From NCBI GenBank assembly GCA_902522865.1, contig CABYXC010000003.1, forward strand, positions 33,672-97,671: a stretch of 64,000 nt of DNA, given 5' to 3'. The notes beneath the pieces are model-generated. The model searched no databases and was not told where the DNA came from. It saw only the letters and a list, made by a program, of their open reading frames with translations. The stretch is from an uncultured Alphaproteobacteria bacterium. GTDB taxonomy: Bacteria > Pseudomonadota > Alphaproteobacteria > HIMB59 > GCA-002718135. The position numbers were made by a program, and so were the translations under genes. Positions 57,255 through 64,000 of this stretch are shown here, piece by piece (the stretch's first letter is position 1; every line of letters starts with the position of its first letter).

Positions 57255-58000
57255 GTGACGTCTCGCCAAAGTCTGTTTTTTGCTAAGTACACAATTGTTC
57301 CTAGAATAATAAAGAATAATATTACTTTGATACCTAAATTTTTTCTTTCTTCCATTTCTGGTTCAGCAGCCCAGTGAAGAAAATGTGTTACATCAGCCGA
57401 TAACTGTTCTGCATTATTATCAGTGCCATCATCATAATCTACACTTCCATCGGCTATAGGTGCTGGCATAGCTATTTGATTTCCAGCCATCCATTTATTG
57501 TACCACATTCCATTACCGACCTCCATTCCCTTTGGAGGTTCAACATAACCAAGAAGAAGGTTATAAATATAATCAACTCCGTATTTTCTAGCTTTTGTAA
57601 TTACACTTAAATCAGGAGGATAGGCTCCATTATTATTTGCTCTTGCTTCATTGTCATTGGCGTATGGATTAACAAATCTGTCTGCTGGTCTAGCTGGTCT
57701 TTCAAACATTTCTCCATCATCGTTTGGACCGTCTAAAACAGTATATTCAGAAGCAATTACTTTTACTTGAGCTTCGGAAAAACCAACATCAATAAGATCT
57801 CTGTAATACAGAAGTTTCATTGAATGACATCCAGCACACACTTCTCTATAAACTTTATAACCCCTTTGAATTGCAGCTCTATCAAAAGTTCCCGTTACAC
57901 CTTTAAAAGACCAATCATGTTTTGGCATCTTTTCAGCACTCATTTCTGCAGCAAATATATTTGAAGAGAAGAATAGAAAAATAATAAGTAAGAGGCGCAT
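57251..58000 (-). CDS. petC: Cytochrome c1 of the bc1 complex
   Basis: Signal peptide, heme motif 'CAGCHS', 'PPDLS' and a C-terminal TM anchor. The stop overlaps ychF by 4 nt (convergent). Confidence 0.85.
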   Translation of the reverse strand: MRLLLIIFLFFSSNIFAAEMSAEKMPKHDWSFKGVTGTFDRAAIQRGYKVYREVCAGCHSMKLLYYRDLIDVGFSEAQVKVIASEYTVLDGPNDDGEMFERPARPADRFVNPYANDNEARANNNGAYPPDLSVITKARKYGVDYIYNLLLGYVEPPKGMEVGNGMWYNKWMAGNQIAMPAPIADGSVDYDDGTDNNAEQLSADVTHFLHWAAEPEMEERKNLGIKVILFFIILGTIVYLAKNRLWRDVT

Positions 58001-59292
58001 TATAGATTAGTATCTTTTTGCATTGCTGGTGCAGGCATTCCTTTTTCTCCTCCACCAATATTAGGGGCTATGTTTTTAGCATAAACATCACTAATACTGA
58101 GCGGTAACTTACTTGGCTTTTCTATCCAACCAACAAATGGAGTAATAATGAAGAAAAAACCAAAGTAGTAAAGTAAACCCACTCTTGCAATTAAAAGATA
58201 TAAACCTTCAGCAGGAAGCATACCAACGTAACCTAATGCGAAAAAATTAACAAAAAAGCCCATCATAAACCATTTATATATTGGTCTATAATTACAACTT
58301 CTTACTTTTGATCTATCTAGCCAAGGTAGAACGAATAGAATTACTATCGCACCAAACATAAGGAGAACTCCTCCCAATTTGTCAGGTACTGCTCTTAAAA
58401 TTGCATAAAAAGGTGCAAGATACCAGTTTGGAACAATGTGAGCTGGTGTAACAAGTGGATCAGCTGGAATATAATTATCAACTTCAGCCATAAGATTTGG
58501 CCCAAAGAAAATTACTGCAGAAATAGCAACACCAAAAGCACACATAGCTACTGTATCTTTAATTAACATATATGGAAAAAAGTTTACTGAGTCATTGTTA
58601 GTTTTAATATCAATCCCATCAGGGTTATTTGAACCATGAACATGGACTGCAGCAACATGTAATCCTACAACACCAAAAATAACAAATGGTAAAACGTAAT
58701 GAAGAGCAAAGAAACGATTTAAAGTAGCATTTCCAACATTGTAATCACCAAGAAGCCATGTTTTTAATCCTTCACCAATAAATGGAATTGCACTAAATAA
58801 ATTAGTTATAACTGTTGCTCCCCAATAAGACATTTGTCCCCATGGTAAAGTGTAGCCAAGAAAAGAAGTTGCCATCATTAATAAAAATATGAATACACCT
58901 AAAATCCAATTAAGCTCTCTTGGATATTTGTAAGACCCAAAATACATTGCTCTTACTATATGAATGTAAACTATGATGAAGAAAAAGGCTGCGCCATTAG
59001 AATGGATGTATCGCATTAACCAACCGTAATTGACATCTCGCATTATTCTTTCAACACTATCAAATGCCATATCAGTGTGTGGTGTGTAATTCATTGCAAG
59101 AAAAATTCCACTTACTATCATTGTAACAAGCGTAATTGTTGCTAATGCACCAAAACTCCAAAAATAATTACAATTTTTAGGCATTGGATAATCACCGTAT
59201 TCTTTTTTGAAGTAAGAAATAATTGGTAAACGAAACTCTATCCAATTGAGGACAGGATTTTTAAACTGATGTACTTTTCTATTCTTATCCAT
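58000..59292 (-). CDS. petB: Cytochrome b of the bc1 complex
   Basis: 'WSFGALA', 'RYIHSNGAAFFF' and 'PEWY'-equivalent 'VPNWYLAPFYAILR', 430 aa. Confidence 0.95.
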   Translation of the reverse strand: MDKNRKVHQFKNPVLNWIEFRLPIISYFKKEYGDYPMPKNCNYFWSFGALATITLVTMIVSGIFLAMNYTPHTDMAFDSVERIMRDVNYGWLMRYIHSNGAAFFFIIVYIHIVRAMYFGSYKYPRELNWILGVFIFLLMMATSFLGYTLPWGQMSYWGATVITNLFSAIPFIGEGLKTWLLGDYNVGNATLNRFFALHYVLPFVIFGVVGLHVAAVHVHGSNNPDGIDIKTNNDSVNFFPYMLIKDTVAMCAFGVAISAVIFFGPNLMAEVDNYIPADPLVTPAHIVPNWYLAPFYAILRAVPDKLGGVLLMFGAIVILFVLPWLDRSKVRSCNYRPIYKWFMMGFFVNFFALGYVGMLPAEGLYLLIARVGLLYYFGFFFIITPFVGWIEKPSKLPLSISDVYAKNIAPNIGGGEKGMPAPAMQKDTNL

Positions 59293-59293
59293 G

Positions 59294-59821
59294 TTATCCT
59301 ATCTTTATAGTATTATCATTTAAAAAGGTATAGGGCGGAACGTCCAAGTTTTTTGGTGCTGGTCCCTTTCTTATCCTACCTGATGTATCGTAATGTGAAC
59401 CATGACACGGGCAGTACCAACCATCGTACTCACCTTTCATATCAGAAACCTTCTGACCAAGTGGAACACAACCTAAGTGTGTACATACTCCCACTAAAAC
59501 TAACCATTCTTCTTTTTGTACTCTATCTGCATCATCTTGTGGATCTCTTAAGTCAGAAGCTTGAACCATTTTAGCTGCATCAATCTCATCTTTTGTTCTT
59601 TTTTTTATGAAAACAGGTTTTCCACGCCACTTTATTGTTATACTTTGACCTTCTTCAATGGCACTAATATCTACTTCTGTTGATCCTGCAGCTAATGTGT
59701 CTTCTGCTGGACTCATACTTTTTAGAAAAGGCCATATAAAAGCAGCTGTTCCAACAGCACCAAGCGTTACGGTGCTAAGTTGTAGGAAATCTCTTCTCTT
59801 ATTTTTGGGTTTTTTAGCCAT
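59294..59821 (-). CDS. petA: Ubiquinol-cytochrome c reductase Rieske Fe-S subunit
   Basis: Tat-like N-terminus 'RRDFL'; Rieske boxes 'CTHLGC' and 'CPCHGS'. Confidence 0.9.
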   Translation of the reverse strand: MAKKPKNKRRDFLQLSTVTLGAVGTAAFIWPFLKSMSPAEDTLAAGSTEVDISAIEEGQSITIKWRGKPVFIKKRTKDEIDAAKMVQASDLRDPQDDADRVQKEEWLVLVGVCTHLGCVPLGQKVSDMKGEYDGWYCPCHGSHYDTSGRIRKGPAPKNLDVPPYTFLNDNTIKIG

Positions 59822-59916
59822 TTATTGTGAATTTCTTATATCTTAATTACTCAAAAAAATACTTTTTAAATATGTGCCAGCGTGACGCAAGTAATAAAAT
59901 AATATAGTAAAAAAAC

Positions 59917-60363
59917 ATGAGAATTGCTCTATTTGAACCCGACATACCACAGAATGCAGGAAACATATTTAGACTAGGTGCCTGTCTTGGAATACCAGTA
60001 GATATAATAGAGCCAGCTGGCTTTGTGATTGATGATAAGAGATTAAAAAGAGCATCAATGGATTACTATGATTATCTAGAATTAAAAAAACATTTAAGTT
60101 GGGAAAAATTTTATGAGTGGTCAAAAGATAACTCATATCGACTCATTCTTCTAACAACGAAAAGTAAAAAAAGTTATTTCGATTATAAATTTCAATCAAA
60201 TGATATTATTTTATTTGGCAGAGAAAGTGCAGGAGCACCTGATTTTGTCCATAGCTCTGTCGATGAAAGATTAACAATACCAATGATAAAGGGGCCTAGA
60301 TCGATTAATCTTAGTAGTTCAGTTGCTATTGTAGCTGGTGAAATGTTACGTCAATTAGCTTAA
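59917..60363 (+). CDS. trmL: tRNA (cytidine/uridine-2'-O)-methyltransferase TrmL (SpoU family)
   Basis: 148 aa. 'IALFEPDIPQNAGNIFR', 'LLFGRESAG' and 'SLNLS'-like 'SINLSSSVAI'. Confidence 0.8.
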   Translation: MRIALFEPDIPQNAGNIFRLGACLGIPVDIIEPAGFVIDDKRLKRASMDYYDYLELKKHLSWEKFYEWSKDNSYRLILLTTKSKKSYFDYKFQSNDIILFGRESAGAPDFVHSSVDERLTIPMIKGPRSINLSSSVAIVAGEMLRQLA

Positions 60364-61217
60364 GCTAAGCTTCCCATTTTTCCTTCTTGATAGTCCATCA
60401 TTGCTTGCTTGATTTCACCTTCAGAATTAGCCACAAAAGGACCATAACGTGCAACAGGTTCTTTAAGTGGCTTACCTGCTAAAACTAGGTAGGATCCTTT
60501 TTCTGATATTGATGTAAGTTGAATCTCATCACTTGACTGATCAAAGTAAATCATATCACCTTTATTAGCGATTTTATCTTCCTCGTTAAATTGTAATTGA
60601 CCATCGATAATATAGATCATAAGATTTTGTTCTTTATCAACATTAAACTTTGTCATATCTGGTTTTGAAAATTGAATATCAAATATTGATACAGGTGAAT
60701 ATGTTTGAACTTTGGATTTGGTTCCATTTATTTCTCCCACAAGAACTTTAATTTCTATATTTGCATTTTCAGATACTGTTGGAATAGTGTTTCTTTTAAT
60801 ATGTTGGTACCAAGGTTTAACTTTTTTATTTTTTTTTGGAAGGTTAACCCAGATTTGTAAACCTTGCATGATACCACCACTCTTCTTAAATTTTTCTGTT
60901 ACTAACTCAGAATGGATTAAACCTGACCCAGTTGTCATCCATTGAACATCACCAGTTTCAATTTCTGCTTGTCCGCCAAATGAATCTCTATGCTCTACTT
61001 CACCACCAAGCATATAAGTAATTGCCTCAAATCCACAATGAGGATGTGCTGGTACACCAGTTGCACCTCCCGGTTCATAATTAATTGGGCCGAAATGATC
61101 AAAAAGAAGAAATGGATCATTTTCTCTCATTCCGGGGATAGGGAAAGCTCTCGTTACAGGTATCCCGTCACCCTCGAAAGTCTTCATACACTCTTTAATT
61201 TCTAATGCTTTTCTCAT
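60360..61217 (-). CDS. Pirin-family protein (bicupin)
   Basis: 'GVPAHPHCGFEAITYML.GE.EHRDS' and 'GDVQWMTTGSGLIHSE' pirin signatures. Confidence 0.85.
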   Translation of the reverse strand: MRKALEIKECMKTFEGDGIPVTRAFPIPGMRENDPFLLFDHFGPINYEPGGATGVPAHPHCGFEAITYMLGGEVEHRDSFGGQAEIETGDVQWMTTGSGLIHSELVTEKFKKSGGIMQGLQIWVNLPKKNKKVKPWYQHIKRNTIPTVSENANIEIKVLVGEINGTKSKVQTYSPVSIFDIQFSKPDMTKFNVDKEQNLMIYIIDGQLQFNEEDKIANKGDMIYFDQSSDEIQLTSISEKGSYLVLAGKPLKEPVARYGPFVANSEGEIKQAMMDYQEGKMGSLA

Positions 61218-61251
61218 TTGTATTTTAAATTATTATAAAAAATATATAGGT

Positions 61252-61341
61252 ATGATTATGAAAAATCAAAATCCAAACCCACCAAAGTGTGGTTGCAGCT
61301 GCAGCTGTTGTTGCACTTGTGAAGGTGGAGATTGCTGTTAA
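61252..61341 (+). CDS. Small ORF too short for the supplied track: 29-aa Cys-rich peptide MIMKNQNPNPPKCGCSCSCCCTCEGGDCC (metallothionein-like)
   Basis: I translated it by hand from the 190-bp gap between pirin and the DUF1636-like gene. It has 9 Cys in the last 17 residues. The coding stretch is a roughly 50% GC island in otherwise very AT-rich intergenic DNA. An alternative start at 61258 would give 27 aa. There is no strong SD. Confidence 0.4.
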   Translation: MIMKNQNPNPPKCGCSCSCCCTCEGGDCC

Positions 61342-61408
61342 TAATACATTCTAAATTAAACAAAATTCAGAAATAAATAATTATAATTTAATTTTTTTTA
61401 AAATTTTA

Positions 61409-61816
61409 CTATTTTAAATTAATAATAATATCTGACTTACTATTTATTGGAGGAAATCTACCAACGATATTAGATCTATATATTTCAGGTCTATGTCTAC
61501 GTCTCAAAAAACCATCATCAGATTTGCCATAGGATAATAGCAGTTCCTCTATTGAATCAATATAAGCAGAATTTTCAGGATCTATATCTCCAAACACATA
61601 GGTAAAACAATTTTCTGCGGTAAAGGATACAATACATGAACGTTTACAATTACTCATGCAATTTACACCTCTTAAAGTTACATTTTTTGTATTTTTAAAT
61701 TTATCAATTAATTTTTGTGCAAGTTTTTCTCCTGCAAGTTTATTATTATTTTGAGCTTTATTAAGGGTACATGTGAGACAAACAGATAATATTATTTCTT
61801 TTTGTTTTTTTGACAT
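61409..61816 (-). CDS. DUF1636-like predicted metal-binding (thioredoxin-like ferredoxin fold) protein
   Basis: 135 aa with Cys clusters 'CLTC' and 'CMSNCKRSC', which I recall as typical of proteins found beside cobW-like genes. Confidence 0.5.
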   Translation of the reverse strand: MSKKQKEIILSVCLTCTLNKAQNNNKLAGEKLAQKLIDKFKNTKNVTLRGVNCMSNCKRSCIVSFTAENCFTYVFGDIDPENSAYIDSIEELLLSYGKSDDGFLRRRHRPEIYRSNIVGRFPPINSKSDIIINLK

Positions 61817-61837
61817 TTTTATTCTAAATTTAATAAT

Positions 61838-62092
61838 CTAATGGGTGTGGTTTGTTAGATTATTAATATCTGACTCCTCTATTTCTTCTATTGATTTTGC
61901 AACTCGCCAATTTTTCATTGATCCGTCTTCATTTCTTGCAGTAATTACAGTTTCGATTGGTGGACAATCAGGCTCATGACAACTGAGCTCAGCAATACTT
62001 ATTATAGTATTTTCTGGTAATTTATATTTCTTGGAAATTAGATGTTTAAGATTTCTTATTTTTTCAACATTTTGAGTTTTACGATTAAACAT
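61838..62092 (-). CDS. Hypothetical small protein (84 aa) with a 'CHEPDCPP' motif and a C-terminal 'HTH' His pair
   Basis: The ORF is tightly packed between the WD40 and DUF1636-like genes (10-nt and 21-nt gaps). I do not recognise a family. Confidence 0.4.
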   Translation of the reverse strand: MFNRKTQNVEKIRNLKHLISKKYKLPENTIISIAELSCHEPDCPPIETVITARNEDGSMKNWRVAKSIEEIEESDINNLTNHTH

Positions 62093-62102
62093 ATTTTCTC
62101 CT

Positions 62103-63140
62103 TTAATTGTCTGCCCATAAAGATGATAAAAGAATAGAACCTTTCATATCCCCAATTAATATTTGTGAATTATCACTAGATATCGCTATTGTTGAAACTT
62201 CCGAACCTGTTGAACTTCTAATCATAATTGGTTTTTTACTTTCATCAATTTCTGCTAATAAAACTGACCCATCTGTAAAACCGGTGAAAACAGCTTTTTC
62301 TCCATTTAGTGCTTTAACAAATGTTGCAAGTTCTTTACCACCGTTTGCAACAACAATTGGCTTTCTCCCCATTGGTCCTTCTTTACCATCAAATGGCCAG
62401 CAAACTGCATCACTGGATCCAGATGTTACCAAATACGGTGTATCACCAACCCAAGTAAAACTTTTAATTTTTGATGGATAACCTCTCATTGCTAAATCAG
62501 CTTTGTCGTTTATGCGCCAACCATGAATTTGATTTTCTTGCATTGCAGTTACAATATATTTTGTATCTGGGCTAAACGTTACAGTTCCATGCGATCCTTT
62601 CCATGTAAAATTTGATGCTGTCCATTTATTATTATTAAGTTTCCACACTGTTACTCCACCGTATCTTGAGACCGCAAGACGCTTGCCTTTATTATCAAAT
62701 GCTAATCCAGCAACAGTACTTTGATGCTCTAAAGTTTGTGGTTTATCTTTGTTTTTTGTCCAAATATAAACAGTCTTTCCTGATGAACAAACTTTAGTAT
62801 CTTTGTGGGAAGCTACACAGTCAACCCACTTTGAACCAAAATTAAAAATTTCATCAATATTTCCATCAGATGATATTTTTAGAAAACGTCCATCTTCTCC
62901 TCCCGTTAACACATGATCTTCATAATTTGTCATACTCAACACTACACCCTTATGTGCTTTAACAGTTTTAGGATCAGATCCAGATTGAAAAAATCTTACA
63001 GTACCGTCTCCAAATCCTACCGCAATTTGATCACGAATTGTAACCGCTTCTGTAGCTGGGGCTCCAATATTAAAAATTGAACCTCTTCTCTCAAGTTCAG
63101 TTTTATTTGATTCTTGAAGTTTTTCTAAATCAGCGTTCAT
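62103..63140 (-). CDS. WD40/beta-propeller repeat protein
   Basis: 345 aa with repeated roughly 40-aa units ending in hydrophobic-W/D patterns ('GGEDGRFLKIS', 'IHGWRI', 'SGSSDAVCWPF', 'GDMKGSILLSSLW'). 4-nt overlap with the upstream GTPase gene. Confidence 0.6.
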   Translation of the reverse strand: MNADLEKLQESNKTELERRGSIFNIGAPATEAVTIRDQIAVGFGDGTVRFFQSGSDPKTVKAHKGVVLSMTNYEDHVLTGGEDGRFLKISSDGNIDEIFNFGSKWVDCVASHKDTKVCSSGKTVYIWTKNKDKPQTLEHQSTVAGLAFDNKGKRLAVSRYGGVTVWKLNNNKWTASNFTWKGSHGTVTFSPDTKYIVTAMQENQIHGWRINDKADLAMRGYPSKIKSFTWVGDTPYLVTSGSSDAVCWPFDGKEGPMGRKPIVVANGGKELATFVKALNGEKAVFTGFTDGSVLLAEIDESKKPIMIRSSTGSEVSTIAISSDNSQILIGDMKGSILLSSLWADN

Positions 63141-64000
63141 GCTGATTTACAATTTTCAAAGCCTTCCTTAAGATTCATATTATCAAGATCACGACCAATA
63201 AATACTACTCGAGAACTTCTATCTTTTCCTTTAGGCCAAGGTCCCATTGGTGAAGCATCCATGAGCATGTGTACTCCTTGAAATACATATCGCTCTTCTT
63301 CACCTTTAAAGTTCAAAATTCCTTTTGATCGAAGTATGTCCTGACCCTTAGTCCTGAGTAAATTTCCAAACCAATCTTGGAACTTATCCATATCTAATGG
63401 TGTATCAGATACAAAGGATAGACTAGTAACATCATCATCATGTTCATGATCATGATCTGATTCAAGAAAGTCAGGTTCAATATCTAATACTCTATCTAGA
63501 CTAAATGCATTTAAGCCTACGATTTCCTCAAGAGGTGCATCACAACGTGTTGTTTTAATAATCTTAGCAAAAGGATTAATTTTTCTAATACGATCATTAA
63601 CTTTTACAATGTCATTATCTCCAACAAGTTCAACTTTATTTAACAAAATTACATCAGCAAAAGCAATTTGTTCTTCTGCTTCATGATGATCGACTAATTG
63701 AGAACTTAGATGAACAGCATCGGCAACTGTAACAATTGCATCTAATTTTGTACGATCAGCAACATCTTGATCAACAAAGAAGGTTTGTGCTACTGGTGCT
63801 GGATCTGCTAAACCAGTTGTCTCAACAATAATTGCATCAAGCTTATCAGCACGTTTCATTAAGCCACTTAGAATTCTAATTAAATCACCTCTAACAGTGC
63901 AACAAATGCACCCGTTGTTCATTTCAAATACTTCTTCATCAGCATCAACAACAAGATCATTGTCGATACCTTGTTCACCAAATTCATTAACTATGACAGC
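63137..64000 (-). CDS. COG0523 (CobW/ZigA/YeiR-type) G3E-family metallochaperone GTPase, N-terminus beyond the window end
   Basis: 'GCICCTVRGDL' metal-binding motif, 'VETTGLADP', 'LLNKVEL' and an acidic His-rich linker 'ESDHDHEHDDD'. The frame stays open upstream of the track Met to position 64000 ('AVIVNEFGEQGIDNDL'). Confidence 0.85.
   Translation of the reverse strand, partial: AVIVNEFGEQGIDNDLVVDADEEVFEMNNGCICCTVRGDLIRILSGLMKRADKLDAIIVETTGLADPAPVAQTFFVDQDVADRTKLDAIVTVADAVHLSSQLVDHHEAEEQIAFADVILLNKVELVGDNDIVKVNDRIRKINPFAKIIKTTRCDAPLEEIVGLNAFSLDRVLDIEPDFLESDHDHEHDDDVTSLSFVSDTPLDMDKFQDWFGNLLRTKGQDILRSKGILNFKGEEERYVFQGVHMLMDASPMGPWPKGKDRSSRVVFIGRDLDNMNLKEGFENCKSA

Noticed and set aside
61201-61408. 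Zur or Fur box near the Cys-rich small ORF
   Set aside because: I looked for TGTTAT/ATAACA-type or GATAAT-type palindromes and found only generic AT-rich sequence. Nothing is convincing by eye.
32716-62481. Further nested ORFs in the track (32716-32952, 35159-35395, 36544-36762, 38369-38635, 38797-38988, 40637-40822, 41347-41577, 43124-43366, 48859-49128, 49526-49823, 50537-50758, 52899-53156, 53504-53713, 54334-54624, 56249-56455, 59353-59846, 60712-61205, 62107-62481)
   Set aside because: The reasoning is the same: they are shadow ORFs within well-supported genes.
1-64000. Mobile elements, prophage, CRISPR, toxin-antitoxin or defence systems, tRNA/rRNA genes
   Set aside because: There are no integrase, transposase, recombinase, nuclease or helicase-type ORFs, no repeat-spacer arrays and no GC-rich structured-RNA-like gaps. 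All non-coding gaps are 190 nt or shorter and AT-rich, except for the Cys-rich small ORF.

Overview
This is an AT-rich (about 30% GC by eye), very gene-dense window with about 70 CDS. Many start/stop overlaps of 1-11 nt occur, and several convergent gene pairs overlap at their stops. I saw no rRNA, tRNA, CRISPR array, IS element or integrase. Composition and alphaproteobacterial synteny (lgt-DUF185-yfiH, ybjN-proC, ctc-pth-ychF, petABC) suggest a streamlined marine alphaproteobacterium, possibly Pelagibacterales-like; this is inference. The window has three parts. (1) Positions 1-42.1 kb are an accessory catabolic region. A 13-gene minus-strand operon joins a Dpp/Opp-type ABC importer to sugar-type enzymes and a split sulfopyruvate-decarboxylase-like pair. 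It is followed by a divergent cytoplasmic Cys-type sulfatase plus a MetE-like protein, then an aminotransferase/alanine dehydrogenase//phosphotransacetylase module of the taurine type. Next come a LacI-linked sugar ABC operon and an unusual 8 kb cluster with nine NTF2/SnoaL-like domains in five proteins, a second MetE-like protein, a bicupin and a histidinol-dehydrogenase paralog (HpsN candidate). The region ends with a mini nucleotidyltransferase/APS-kinase-like/CysQ operon, a GMC oxidoreductase and sulfoacetaldehyde acetyltransferase (Xsc). Several routes therefore appear to converge on sulfoacetaldehyde. (2) Positions 42.2-61.2 kb hold core housekeeping genes: uvrC, pgsA, moaDE, ilvE, a MarR/OmpR/EnvZ-type trio, proC, lgt, prs, L25, pth, ychF, petABC, trmL and pirin. 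(3) Positions 61.2-64 kb hold a metal-handling cluster (COG0523 GTPase, WD40, DUF1636-like). Next to it is an ORF too short for the supplied track, encoding a 29-codon peptide with 9 Cys. The most notable sequence-level signal is an 18-bp palindrome, TATTCA-N6-TGAATA, with close variants. It recurs in all three divergent promoter regions of the LacI/NTF2 cluster, twice as tandem sites about 20 bp apart. All functions are read from translated motifs and gene context only; no database search was possible.
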